Positions 19,213 to 28,978 are shown, counted from the first letter of the stretch. The stretch: DNA of 54,603 nucleotides from a virus (IMGVR_UViG_3300037264_007062:1-54603), one strand, 5' to 3'. Notes: generated from the letters alone by a model not told the origin. Translations and numbers: made by a program.

Positions 19213-19834
19213 ATTCGAACAATATCTCAACGAAGGCATGCGTTTAGAAAAACAATTAATAACTGCTTCTAAAAAAGGTAATCTTAATCTCGTTAAACAA
19301 TTAATAGATCGAGGTGTTGATATCCATGCTAATAATAATTGGGCTTTAAGATGGGCTAGTCTCAATGGTCATTTAGAAGTAGTTAAATATTTAGTAAAAA
19401 AAGGCGCTGATATACATGCTAATAATGATTATGCTTTAATATGGGCTAGTAATAGTGGTCATTTAGAAGTAGTCAAATATCTTATAAGTAAAGGTGCTAA
19501 TATTCATGTATATAATGATAAGGCTTTAAGATGGGCTAGTTCTTATGGTCATTTAGAAATCGTTAAATATCTTATAAGTAAAGGTACTGATATCCATGCT
19601 GATAATGATGAAGCTTTAATAAATGCTAGTGATAGAGGTCATTTAGAAGTAGTTAAATATCTTATAAGTAAAGGATCAAACATACCTGAAGAAATGGATA
19701 TACCCGAAGATGTACAGGAAATAGCTATACAGAATGATGTTGGAAATATTAAGAATATAAAGAATTTAAGATCTGATCTTAAAAAGAAATATAAACATTT
19801 GTTAACAGCTGATAAATTCGGATTATTCAATTGA
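19205..19834 (+). CDS. Ankyrin-repeat protein (5 repeats), array B unit 2
   Basis: ATGATTAA overlap; ends ADKFGLFN*. Confidence 0.92.
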   Translation: MIKFEQYLNEGMRLEKQLITASKKGNLNLVKQLIDRGVDIHANNNWALRWASLNGHLEVVKYLVKKGADIHANNDYALIWASNSGHLEVVKYLISKGANIHVYNDKALRWASSYGHLEIVKYLISKGTDIHADNDEALINASDRGHLEVVKYLISKGSNIPEEMDIPEDVQEIAIQNDVGNIKNIKNLRSDLKKKYKHLLTADKFGLFN

Positions 19835-19852
19835 TTTTTATATATAAATTCT

Positions 19853-20443
19853 ATGGCGATCTTCAAATCAGATGGCAGTTCATATACTTCGGGCGGAACA
19901 GATTCTCTTAAAAGTTATCGTCCGGGCGGACAAGATCAAGAATTGTTTGACAGATATGATTTGGAGCAAATAATTTTAGCTGGCAGTCCAATTACGTACT
20001 ATCCTAGCTTTATAGATTCATCATTTGATAAAGTTTATATGGAATCAAGAGATACTATCATTGCTCAAGAAGGATATAAACTTACAACCGTTTTTGAACC
20101 CACAAGACCGTTACAAAATTTGGATATGTTCGGAATAGACTCGAACGACGAGTTGGTGTTTTTATTCAACATTCGACAATGGCAAGAAGTCGTAGGTCCT
20201 ATGCCTAAAGTTAAAAGCTTGATTTTTGCAGAGTGGAATAAAACTTGGTGGGAAATTTTACAACAAGACCAAGACGAACCATATAAATTATGGACAAAAT
20301 ACAGACTAGCTATAGTGGCTAAAAAATATCAGAAATCTAGAATTGATCAACAACCTGATCGAAGAGATGCAACAGATTTTGAAGGCAATAATCCTGATAG
20401 AAGTTTAAATAAAGATTTATTTAGCAAACGCATAGCAAAATAA
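19853..20443 (+). CDS. Neck/head-closure protein, T4 gp14-like
   Basis: EQIILAGSPITYY...DKVYMES; FGIDSNDELVF; PKVKSLI...WWEI; lies between gp13 and gp15. Confidence 0.75.
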   Translation: MAIFKSDGSSYTSGGTDSLKSYRPGGQDQELFDRYDLEQIILAGSPITYYPSFIDSSFDKVYMESRDTIIAQEGYKLTTVFEPTRPLQNLDMFGIDSNDELVFLFNIRQWQEVVGPMPKVKSLIFAEWNKTWWEILQQDQDEPYKLWTKYRLAIVAKKYQKSRIDQQPDRRDATDFEGNNPDRSLNKDLFSKRIAK

Positions 20444-20505
20444 TTATAAAAAACAACTTTGAAAGCTTAAATAACTATGATAATTAATAGTCAAAGGCGG
20501 TAAAA

Positions 20506-21027
20506 ATGAAAGATTTCAATAAATTTTTGAATAAAGAAGAAAAAAAACCTGAAAAAGAAAAGGTTGTCATTACAGAACAACAACAAGAAGATCCTGAAGA
20601 TCATAAACTCACTTACAAAGAATCATTAGTCATGGATGATGAATTTAAAAAATGGATGGCGATGAGTGACGAAATACAAGGATTCGAAGATGACGGTTCT
20701 TTTAAACCAGCCGGAGTCATACACGGATTTTCTTCAGATCAATTTACAGATGACATCCAAAAACAATCTGATGAATTAAAACAATTAATATTGTCCGAAC
20801 AACTGCCTGTCGGTACACCAGCTGGAAATGTCAGCACTAATGTCCAGATTCCAATTCAGCCTTCTGGTACTTCAGTCAGACCAACCCAAGTGCCTTCTAA
20901 TCAAAGACCTGCGATAGATTACGGAAAAGAATTTGGAGTATATCGTTCTAACAGACAAATTATGGACGCCTTGGCTTCGAATCCTGTTTTGAAACCTTTA
21001 TTTGATTTACTAAATAAATCTAAATAA
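20506..21027 (+). CDS. Hypothetical protein, CTS-like N-terminus
   Basis: AAGGCGG RBS; MKDFNKFLNKE. Confidence 0.7.
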   Translation: MKDFNKFLNKEEKKPEKEKVVITEQQQEDPEDHKLTYKESLVMDDEFKKWMAMSDEIQGFEDDGSFKPAGVIHGFSSDQFTDDIQKQSDELKQLILSEQLPVGTPAGNVSTNVQIPIQPSGTSVRPTQVPSNQRPAIDYGKEFGVYRSNRQIMDALASNPVLKPLFDLLNKSK

Positions 21028-21078
21028 AAATGATTGTTTGATGTGTAGATAAACCGACTATAAAAACTTTATTAAATC

Positions 21079-21175
21079 CCTCCGGGATTTTGGTTACATA
21101 TATACAAGAAAATAAAAACGTTAAATCGATTAACGTTGATTGTATATATATGATCAAAGTCCCGGAGGTTTTTTT
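21079..21175 (+). promoter_or_regulatory. Long intergenic RNA hairpin (29-bp outer stem, 8-bp inner stem) followed by U7
   Basis: Arms 21079-21107 and 21140-21168 pair with 3 G-U and 1 mismatch; inner AACGTTAA/TTAACGTT. Confidence 0.75.
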
Positions 21176-21183
21176 ATATAATA

Positions 21184-22029
21184 ATGCCAGACTTACAAGA
21201 AAGAGCCCGATCCGACAATCCTGAGATTCAAACACCCAGGATGTATCAACCGACATCAGATGTCGGAAGACAATTAATATTCGGATATACAAGATCTATC
21301 AAAAATTGTGACAGATCTATATTGGATCTTTTTTCTGATATTACAATTATTCATGATAATAAAATTTATCCTGTTCCGATTGTTTGGGGTAGTCAAGAAA
21401 AAGCCGTTATTTATGTGTTTGGAGAAAATTTCATAAATAACGAAGAAAGAAAAGAAGAAGGATTAGTTGATCGGATTACTCTTCCGGTTTTGGCTCTGCA
21501 CGGAACGGATATCGAGTTTGATGCTTCAAGATTTATTTATCATGAAGCTAGAGATTACAGAGCCGGAGCCGGAGATTCTGGATTATTTAATCAGGAGAAA
21601 AGACCGTTTGATACTCGGTTTGGTATTTCTAAGGGTATTCCGATCAACAGGAATTACACATTATATGTCTGGGCTAAATATTATGAGAATTTAATGCAGA
21701 TCGTAGAACAAATATATTTAAAATTTTCTCCGATTGCGTATATAAGATTTGAAGGAAACAGATGGGAGACTCCTGTAAAACTTACAGGTTCGGCTAGTAA
21801 TATCACTGAAGATGTAGGAGACCGACAGACAAGAATATTGAAATACTCGTTTAATCTTTTGGCTGAGTCTCATATTCAACAGCCTATTAAGCGAGACAAG
21901 ACGGTACTTAAGATTGTTCAAAAGTACGTAGTCGAAGGTGATTTGTCTGTAAATTCTGAAATTGATACGATCATAGAAGAAGTTGAGGAAGGTGAAACAC
22001 CAGAAACTATAAACAGAGGAGAAAATTAG
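21184..22029 (+). CDS. Tail sheath stabilizer / tail terminator, T4 gp15-like
   Basis: PVPIVWGSQEK; ITLPVLAL....IEFDASR; QIVEQIYLKFSP; directly upstream of sheath. Confidence 0.8.
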   Translation: MPDLQERARSDNPEIQTPRMYQPTSDVGRQLIFGYTRSIKNCDRSILDLFSDITIIHDNKIYPVPIVWGSQEKAVIYVFGENFINNEERKEEGLVDRITLPVLALHGTDIEFDASRFIYHEARDYRAGAGDSGLFNQEKRPFDTRFGISKGIPINRNYTLYVWAKYYENLMQIVEQIYLKFSPIAYIRFEGNRWETPVKLTGSASNITEDVGDRQTRILKYSFNLLAESHIQQPIKRDKTVLKIVQKYVVEGDLSVNSEIDTIIEEVEEGETPETINRGEN

Positions 22030-22032
22030 AAA

Positions 22033-22233
22033 ATGAATTATCGAGTTACTAATAAGAGATCATATCCGGTTCAGTTGGCTCTTCGCAGTCGGAATGGCAA
22101 GGGAACAATGGCTATCACCCTCCCATATAAAAAAAGTTATGACATTCCTGAGGAAAGATTTAGTGATCAGATCACAAGTCTTGAAAACAGGGGTGATGTC
22201 AAAGTAGAAAAAATAACAAAGAAAAGAGATTAA
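22033..22233 (+). CDS. Small basic hypothetical protein
   Basis: GAGGAG RBS; 66 aa. Confidence 0.65.
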   Translation: MNYRVTNKRSYPVQLALRSRNGKGTMAITLPYKKSYDIPEERFSDQITSLENRGDVKVEKITKKRD

Positions 22234-22287
22234 CAGTAATAAATAAATTGTTGTTTCGTGTAAATTTGCAAAGGAGAATATCAGATA

Positions 22288-24873
22288 ATGGCACCATTAA
22301 CAGAGATTTTCGGGTTCCCGCCAAGCGGGACAATATCTCCTTCAGTCCGGTTACTAGAAAAAGATTTTTCAGCATATAATCCAGGCGGTTCTTTTTCTAG
22401 AACAGGATTTATAGGATTTGCTTCAAAAGGGCCTATTAATGAACCTGTACAAGTCACTAATCATGATGAACTTTTCAGAAAATTCGGATTCCCAGATCCT
22501 TCAACTGATCATGGATCATATCTCGTTTATTCGGCTAATGAATTTTTGAGATTCGGAACTGAAGCCTGGATTGTTCGTGTCGGAGTTACAGACGAAAGTG
22601 ACTGGGATAATTTCGCCAAGACCGCTTTTGTTGAAATTCCGGCTTCGGGCCAGCCTGCTATTATCCGAAGTACTAGAAAAACGAGTGACGCTGGAGCTCC
22701 GCCTCCGCCATTCTCAATTAATGATGATCCGACCGCAGGTCCAGTAAACAATCAATTCAGATTCTCGGTTAATGGTGAATTATTTACTCGAGCCGTAACT
22801 ATTCCAGTTGATGACGGATCAGGATATACCGTCGAACAAATAGTTGACATCTTCAATGGACTACTTGTAGACGCCGACGGAATGGAAGCTTTTATTTATT
22901 CTGACGGTGGCGAGGATACATTAGCATTCAGAACAACAAAATTGTTCGGTGAAGAAGCTTCAATCGAAATAATTTCAAGTGAAAATGCGTCTTATGATGA
23001 ACTCGGGATCGCAATCGGAATGACCGCGGCCGTTCTCGAGGGTGAAAATGATCGTTGGCCAGAAGGATCTTCAATTACTGGATTTAATTTCGGAGGTCTT
23101 GAAAATCCGACTCTTAAAATCAGAGTTGTAGGAACGGGTAACGATGCAATTGATAATATTGAACAAACAATTCCTTTTGATGATCTTGTAGACAGCGTTA
23201 TAATCGGAAAAACAAATGAAGCCGGACCTCTTAGCACGCCTATTGTAGGACCTGTAGTTTCAGCCGCAGATATCGCTACATTCATCAACTGGTGGATTGA
23301 TAATCCAGATTCTCATACTTTCACAGTTCCAGGCGGATTCAGAGCTGAAGAAGTCGGAGGAATGGTTAATCTTGTTACAGCTTCCACAACTGCTGCACCA
23401 CCTGATCCTCTTTCCAATGATATTCGTGGAAGAACAGCTCAGGTTCAGGCTAAATTCAATTCGAATGCCGTTGATGAAATTCTAGGATTAAGCAATAATT
23501 CCGCTTTTGGAACGACTCCAGAAGGTGTGTCTACTAATGATTTTGTGGCAGCAACTGTAGACAACGGCAGTGGATCTTTTATTGATGATGTTGGTCTTGC
23601 GACTGGATCGCCTTTTCCTTCTGGTTCTGAACCTACGATTATGACCATATGGGCTGAGTCTCCAGGTTTAGCCGGAAATAGCACTCAGGTCACCGTAACT
23701 ACAGATAGTGACGGTAAAATAATTCTTAGTGTATTTAATGGCGGAGTTTCAGTAGAAGAACATTCAAATCTTGATCGAGATTTCGCTAGCACGAATAATC
23801 CGTTCTATATCGAAAGATATATTAATGGATTCAGTGATTATATCTTTATTGAAGACGATTCAGATATCGTGGGTCTTCCTCTAGAGGGAACTTATTCGCT
23901 CGGAGCTACTCCGGATACTCAGGGTTCAGACGGATATCCGTTTGATGACAACGGTCTTCCGGACATGGAAGCCATTGATGATCTTGTTGTCGGGGACGCT
24001 CGATTCGGAACAGGAATTCAGGCTTTCAATGAACCTGAAAAACTAGATATCGATATTATCGCGGCTCCGGCCTTGTTCAGCACTGAAGTTACTTTTGCAC
24101 TTATCAGTCTTTGTGAACTTCAGAGAAGAGACTGTATGGCAATTATTGATCCGCCATTCGGACTAGATTCTGTCTCTGTAAAGAAATGGCATAATGGAGC
24201 GCATCCTCTTAATACAAGAAAATTTGATACGTCTTTCGCGGCTCTTTATTGGCCATGGATTAAAGTAAGAGATCCGTTTAATCAGTTAGATGTCTGGCTT
24301 CCACCTTCGGGTCTTGTAGCTGGAGTATATGCTCAGTCTGAAAGAATCTCTAATGTATGGTTCGCTCCGGCTGGATTAAGACGTGGAAAGATTTTCTCTG
24401 GTATAGAAGTTGAAAGATTTGCTTCTCTTACTGAAAGAGATGATCTTTATGGCAACAGGAATGCAGTTAATACGATTGTTGATTTCCCGATTGACGGAAT
24501 TCACGTCTTCGGACAAAAGACTCTTCAAAGACGGGCCACGGCTCTTGATCGAGTTAATGTTCGCAGATTGATGCTTTTCCTTGAAAAGGAAGTTAAGAGA
24601 GTATCTAGATTCTTGTTATTCGAACCGCATGATGAACAATTAAGATCAGAGTTCGTAAGACTGGCTGATAACATTCTTACAGATGTTCGAGATAATCGCG
24701 GAGTATTTAATTACATCATCAAATGTGATGAAGAACTTAATCCTCCAGAAGTCATTGATAGAAATGAAATGAGAGCTCGGATCGGAGTTCAACCGATAAA
24801 GGCAGCCGAATTTATCTTTATTACATTTACAATCCATAGAACTGGATCTTTTGAAGAATCGGTAATTATTTAA
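22288..24873 (+). CDS. Contractile tail sheath protein, T4 gp18-like
   Basis: SPSVRLLEKD, G..SKGPINEP, YWPW, PPSG, WFAPAG..RG, GQKTLQ...ALDRVNVRRL, P.KAAEFI. Confidence 0.97.
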   Translation: MAPLTEIFGFPPSGTISPSVRLLEKDFSAYNPGGSFSRTGFIGFASKGPINEPVQVTNHDELFRKFGFPDPSTDHGSYLVYSANEFLRFGTEAWIVRVGVTDESDWDNFAKTAFVEIPASGQPAIIRSTRKTSDAGAPPPPFSINDDPTAGPVNNQFRFSVNGELFTRAVTIPVDDGSGYTVEQIVDIFNGLLVDADGMEAFIYSDGGEDTLAFRTTKLFGEEASIEIISSENASYDELGIAIGMTAAVLEGENDRWPEGSSITGFNFGGLENPTLKIRVVGTGNDAIDNIEQTIPFDDLVDSVIIGKTNEAGPLSTPIVGPVVSAADIATFINWWIDNPDSHTFTVPGGFRAEEVGGMVNLVTASTTAAPPDPLSNDIRGRTAQVQAKFNSNAVDEILGLSNNSAFGTTPEGVSTNDFVAATVDNGSGSFIDDVGLATGSPFPSGSEPTIMTIWAESPGLAGNSTQVTVTTDSDGKIILSVFNGGVSVEEHSNLDRDFASTNNPFYIERYINGFSDYIFIEDDSDIVGLPLEGTYSLGATPDTQGSDGYPFDDNGLPDMEAIDDLVVGDARFGTGIQAFNEPEKLDIDIIAAPALFSTEVTFALISLCELQRRDCMAIIDPPFGLDSVSVKKWHNGAHPLNTRKFDTSFAALYWPWIKVRDPFNQLDVWLPPSGLVAGVYAQSERISNVWFAPAGLRRGKIFSGIEVERFASLTERDDLYGNRNAVNTIVDFPIDGIHVFGQKTLQRRATALDRVNVRRLMLFLEKEVKRVSRFLLFEPHDEQLRSEFVRLADNILTDVRDNRGVFNYIIKCDEELNPPEVIDRNEMRARIGVQPIKAAEFIFITFTIHRTGSFEESVII

Positions 24874-24894
24874 AACAGTTAAGGAGATAACAAA

Positions 24895-25521
24895 ATGGCT
24901 TTGTTAAATAACATGGGTATAGGTCCTATAGGCGCTGAGGACATTGTATTTAAAAGAAAGTTTAGATGGACAATGTTTCTCACAAACCAAGAAGGTAATG
25001 CTGTAGGATCAGATGACGGCCGGATGTGGTATGTAAGAATAGCTAATCGCCCGACTCTGACTACCGAAGAAACAGAGATCAATCATCTTCATGAGAAACA
25101 TTGGATCTCAGGAAAACCGACTTGGGAAAATATTACTCTTACAATTTATGATGTCAAAAAAGATGATCAGACCCAGCCGTTTGACAGCGCTTCGGCCTCA
25201 GAATTCGCACTTCATAAATGGTTGAATACTGTATGGAGATTCGCAAAAAATGACAGTAACGTCGTAACAGGCGGATATAACTTCCTTGATATGGGTGATC
25301 ATGATGCTGAATTCAAAAGAAACATGACCCTTTATATGTTAGACGGACATGGAAGTGTTATGGAAACATGGTGGTTAATCGGAGCCTGGCCTCAGACTGT
25401 AAACTGGGGAGATCTGGATTACTCTTCATCTGATACGGCTGATGTCGAAGTCACGGTCAGATTTGACAGAGCCGAATGGTTTCCAGGTCAGACTGGTCTT
25501 TCTTCTGGCGGAGCTGATTAA
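24895..25521 (+). CDS. Tail tube protein 1, T4 gp19-like
   Basis: KRKFRW, RP, GKPTWENITLTIYD, LDGHG..METWWLIGAWP..VNWGDLDY. Confidence 0.92.
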   Translation: MALLNNMGIGPIGAEDIVFKRKFRWTMFLTNQEGNAVGSDDGRMWYVRIANRPTLTTEETEINHLHEKHWISGKPTWENITLTIYDVKKDDQTQPFDSASASEFALHKWLNTVWRFAKNDSNVVTGGYNFLDMGDHDAEFKRNMTLYMLDGHGSVMETWWLIGAWPQTVNWGDLDYSSSDTADVEVTVRFDRAEWFPGQTGLSSGGAD

Positions 25522-25544
25522 TTTCAGAGATAAATAATTACCAG

Positions 25545-25584
25545 ATTAAGAGCATCAGTTTAACAAATGACTGATGCTCTTAAT
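25545..25584 (+). terminator. 15-bp perfect stem-loop between the two tube genes
   Basis: ATTAAGAGCATCAGT / ACTGATGCTCTTAAT, 10-nt loop, then TGTTTT. Confidence 0.7.
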
Positions 25585-25606
25585 TGTTTTAACCTGGAGA
25601 AAAGTC

Positions 25607-26188
25607 ATGGGTCAAAATATGGGTATAGGGGCTTTGGGATCTGAACAAGCGGTATTCAAACGAAAATTCAGATGGGCTTTTACTATACTTCAAGAAGCTG
25701 ATAATCCGATTGTGACTGGATCTACATTAGGAATTTCAGGTACAACATCTTCTCCGTCTTCTGGCGTTCATTTTTGTAAAATAGCTTCAAGACCAAATTT
25801 CACATTTGATGAACAAGAAGTTCAGCATGTAACAGAAAAAGTATTTTTGCCAGCCAAACCTACATGGGAACCTGTTTCGATAACTGTTTATGATTTAAAT
25901 AAAAATGATGCCATTTATTTATGGCTTAATCAGTTTTATATCATCGAAAAAGGTCGGATCAGACCTGTAGCCGAACCTATAGGTAATACTTTTCCTAAAA
26001 AGAGATCACAATTGTTATTGTTTGACGGTCATGGAAACGAGATTGAAAGATGGGAATTTCAGGGTTGCTGGCCTCAAAGTATTAATTGGGGAGAGTTGGA
26101 TTTCTCTGATTCTGGAACTCTAGATGTAGAATTTAATATGAGATATGATCGGGCTGTTAACAGGAGTGCTACAGTACCCTCAGATTAA
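25607..26188 (+). CDS. Tail tube protein 2, T4 gp19-like paralog
   Basis: Same motifs as tube 1; GGAG RBS before ATG at 25607. Confidence 0.9.
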   Translation: MGQNMGIGALGSEQAVFKRKFRWAFTILQEADNPIVTGSTLGISGTTSSPSSGVHFCKIASRPNFTFDEQEVQHVTEKVFLPAKPTWEPVSITVYDLNKNDAIYLWLNQFYIIEKGRIRPVAEPIGNTFPKKRSQLLLFDGHGNEIERWEFQGCWPQSINWGELDFSDSGTLDVEFNMRYDRAVNRSATVPSD

Positions 26189-26584
26189 TTATTTTCTAAT
26201 CATCTGTTTTGACGTTTGAATAAAATTCTCTACAATTTTCAATTGTTCTCCGATTTTATCAAATTTATCATTTATTTCTTTCATATCTCTCTGATTTTGT
26301 TTTTGGATGTCGGCATTTTGTTGTTGTATTTTCTTTATCTGATTTCTCATTTCTAGAAGTCCGGCGGCAAAAATAACTTTATGAATATTATTTTTGCTGT
26401 CAATAGATTTTACAACTTTTAATATTTCATTTATTTCTCGGCTTAATACGGCTCCGGCAAAAGTCATAGATTCTGTTAATTCTTCTGGATCTTCGATGAA
26501 TGATTGAATATCAAAATCGTTTTCTTTAAAAAATTTCTCAAGCTCTTTTGAAATAGGAATCATCGAATAAATTCTTTCTGACAT
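26189..26584 (-). CDS. Hypothetical coiled-coil protein
   Basis: 131 aa ORF. Confidence 0.6.
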   Translation of the reverse strand: MSERIYSMIPISKELEKFFKENDFDIQSFIEDPEELTESMTFAGAVLSREINEILKVVKSIDSKNNIHKVIFAAGLLEMRNQIKKIQQQNADIQKQNQRDMKEINDKFDKIGEQLKIVENFIQTSKQMIRK

Positions 26585-26820
26585 TCATAAAATATCTCGT
26601 CAATTTCTTTATTTTTAAGTCTGAGTCTTCTTATTAAGGCTGATTTATTAAGTCGGCCTTTATTAGTATATACAGACTCTTCTTCAGTTAATATTTTGAT
26701 TAATTTAGCGTGTTTAGGACCCTTGTTCCTTATATTGGTCAATATTTCTTCGAATTCTATATCCGACATATTCACTAAATTCGGAAGATGATCCTTCAAA
26801 GATTTCTGATGCTTTATCAA
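26560..26820 (-). CDS. Small hypothetical (HTH-like) protein; start uncertain
   Basis: GRLNKSALIRRLRLKNKEIDEI; overlaps gp55 3' end. Confidence 0.5.
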   Translation of the reverse strand: MIKHQKSLKDHLPNLVNMSDIEFEEILTNIRNKGPKHAKLIKILTEEESVYTNKGRLNKSALIRRLRLKNKEIDEIFYECQKEFIR

Positions 26821-27157
26821 TAGATTGCCTTTCTAAGAATCTTCTTTTTAATTCAATATAATTTTTTGCTGATCTGTATAACTGTCTGAAGTGATTTAGT
26901 ATAATTGTAGTGAACCAGTTAAAAGCTTTTCCCCTCTCAGGATCAAACAAACCTATTTTTGAAAAACAGGCCACAACTCCTTCTTGTAAGGCGTCATCTC
27001 GGTCTATAAGTTTGAAATTAAAAGCTTTTATTATATTATCTGCTAATAAATAAAAACAAATTGACATTTCATACTTTATATCTTCATCATTATGATCTTT
27101 TAAATAAGCAAGAATAAGCCTCTCAAAGTCTTTGTTGTTAATATACTCTTGCGCCAT
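26714..27157 (-). CDS. Late-transcription sigma factor, T4 gp55-like
   Basis: YINNKDF...DALQEGVVACF....FDPERGKAFNWFTTIILNHF; GGAG RBS before ATG at 27157. Confidence 0.85.
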   Translation of the reverse strand: MAQEYINNKDFERLILAYLKDHNDEDIKYEMSICFYLLADNIIKAFNFKLIDRDDALQEGVVACFSKIGLFDPERGKAFNWFTTIILNHFRQLYRSAKNYIELKRRFLERQSIDKASEIFEGSSSEFSEYVGYRIRRNIDQYKEQGS

Positions 27158-27188
27158 AATTTTTTTTACTCCAATTATAAAATTTAAA

Positions 27189-27214
27189 TTATTTATGTTT
27201 TTTAACATAAATAA
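27189..27214. promoter_or_regulatory. Perfect 11-bp inverted repeat carrying back-to-back CATAAATA late-promoter-like sites
   Basis: TTATTTATGTT-tttt-AACATAAATAA between divergent genes. Confidence 0.55.
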
Positions 27215-27237
27215 ACCTAATTTAAGTTAGAAACTAA

Positions 27238-27525
27238 ATGGAAAAAGAAAGCGAATATTACGCAAAAAAATATTTTGAAGAAAAAAACTTTTATGAGTGC
27301 ATAAAAACTTGTTTCAAAGCCGTCTCAGTTTATCCAGAATCTGTATGGATTTATGATTTATTAGGTTATTCGTATATGAATTGCGGAATGCATTCTCAAG
27401 CTAGAGGCTGTTTTGCGACGGCCTCAGAATTAAGCGGAAACAAAGAAAATTATAACAGACTCATAGAACTTTTGAATGAAAAAGAAATAAAGTTTAATTC
27501 AGAAAGGAAAAGATCATTCAAATGA
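27238..27525 (+). CDS. TPR-repeat protein
   Basis: AKKYFEEKNFYECIKTCFKAVSVYP; YDLLGYSYMNCGMHSQARGCFATA. Confidence 0.75.
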   Translation: MEKESEYYAKKYFEEKNFYECIKTCFKAVSVYPESVWIYDLLGYSYMNCGMHSQARGCFATASELSGNKENYNRLIELLNEKEIKFNSERKRSFK

Positions 27526-27809
27526 AAATTAATAAATTAAAATTGAAAGATCACGTTACTTTAGATAGTAATCAAGAAGCTTATAAAATAACAAAAATAA
27601 GAATTAAAGGCCGTTCTAAAGAATACTATATCAAGCATAAAGATGATATTCGTATTGAAACCGAAAATTGGTATAAACAAAACAGACTTAAACCTTATGA
27701 AGAATATGTGAATGAACAAATCGGTCATTACAGACAATTTCTTGTCTATTGGCATTGTGAATTAGAAAAAGAAAAAAAATATAAGCATAATGAAAAAAAT
27801 AGCCGTTAA
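27522..27809 (+). CDS. Hypothetical protein
   Basis: ATGA-coupled to upstream gene. Confidence 0.6.
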   Translation: MKINKLKLKDHVTLDSNQEAYKITKIRIKGRSKEYYIKHKDDIRIETENWYKQNRLKPYEEYVNEQIGHYRQFLVYWHCELEKEKKYKHNEKNSR

Positions 27810-28806
27810 TATCATAACAACTAATAATGAACCATATCTTAAAGACACTCTAGAATCTGTAAAACCGTTAGATCCAGAATATGTCATTGTTTATAACGGC
27901 AAAGAAAATTCTGAGGAATCAGAGTTATGTCTTCAATACGCGCCAAATTCTACATACTTTCATAAATGGAATGAAGATTTTTCTGAACTCAGAAATATTG
28001 CTTTAAAAAATACGAATTCATATTGGATATTATGGATCGACAGTGATGAAACTATTGATAAAGAATCAGCTGATAAAATAACAGAACTTGTAAATTCTAA
28101 GCCTTCAAATCCTTATCATAATTTCAAACTTATTCATGGAAATACAACTGTAAGTCAGCTCCGGATGTTCAGTAAAACATCTAAGGAAAAATGGAGATTT
28201 CCTATTCATGAAAAAATAATACCAGAAATACTTCCAGATTGGCATCCGGATATAAAGATAACACATAGAATCAATAATAATGAAAGATCACATATAAGAA
28301 ACATAAACATATTAAATAAAGCTCTGGAAAGTAATCCAGCTAGTCCGGAATATAATTTTTATCTAGCCATAGATTATCATCTTGTCGGACAACATATGAA
28401 ATCTTTATTGTGTGCAGAAAAATTTCTTCTTCATTATCCAATTCGAAGTGTAGACGTTAAAAAAATGTATATGAGATATCTGATATCATGGATCTACACA
28501 TTTCAAATGAGAAATTACCAAAAGGCCATTCAAATAATTTTAGGTCAATTAGCCCAGAATTGCAATATCGCTGAATTTTGGTGTCTTCTTGGAGATATTT
28601 ATATAAAATTAGGAAAATTTGATTCTGCAAGAATATTTTTCCAAAATGCTATAACAATGGGAAAATACAAATATGATCATATGTGGATAACAGATCTAGA
28701 TAAATATGAAGTATATCCTGAAATAAAAATAAAATTATGTGAGACTAAAAAAGGAATAGATTTCTCAGAAATAATAAGAGAAAATCAAAAAATGATTATT
28801 CCATAA
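27790..28806 (+). CDS. GT2 glycosyltransferase with C-terminal TPRs
   Basis: WNEDFSELRNIAL, WILWIDSDE (DxD), IHE, RNINIL; TPR helices. Confidence 0.88.
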   Translation: MKKIAVNIITTNNEPYLKDTLESVKPLDPEYVIVYNGKENSEESELCLQYAPNSTYFHKWNEDFSELRNIALKNTNSYWILWIDSDETIDKESADKITELVNSKPSNPYHNFKLIHGNTTVSQLRMFSKTSKEKWRFPIHEKIIPEILPDWHPDIKITHRINNNERSHIRNINILNKALESNPASPEYNFYLAIDYHLVGQHMKSLLCAEKFLLHYPIRSVDVKKMYMRYLISWIYTFQMRNYQKAIQIILGQLAQNCNIAEFWCLLGDIYIKLGKFDSARIFFQNAITMGKYKYDHMWITDLDKYEVYPEIKIKLCETKKGIDFSEIIRENQKMIIP

Positions 28807-28978
28807 CTTCAATCAGAAGTTTTGTATTTTCTATATTTGACTCAATTTTTTTAATAAATTCAGATAACTTATCTACAGGCAAATATTCTTTAGTTTCATT
28901 ATTATGTGATATCAGTATAATTTTTTCTGGAAATGATTTATCATCTCTTTTATAAGATGTAACAAATATGTTAGACAT
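28796..28978 (-). CDS. Small hypothetical protein
   Basis: GAGGAG RBS; 60 aa. Confidence 0.65.
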   Translation of the reverse strand: MSNIFVTSYKRDDKSFPEKIILISHNNETKEYLPVDKLSEFIKKIESNIENTKLLIEVME

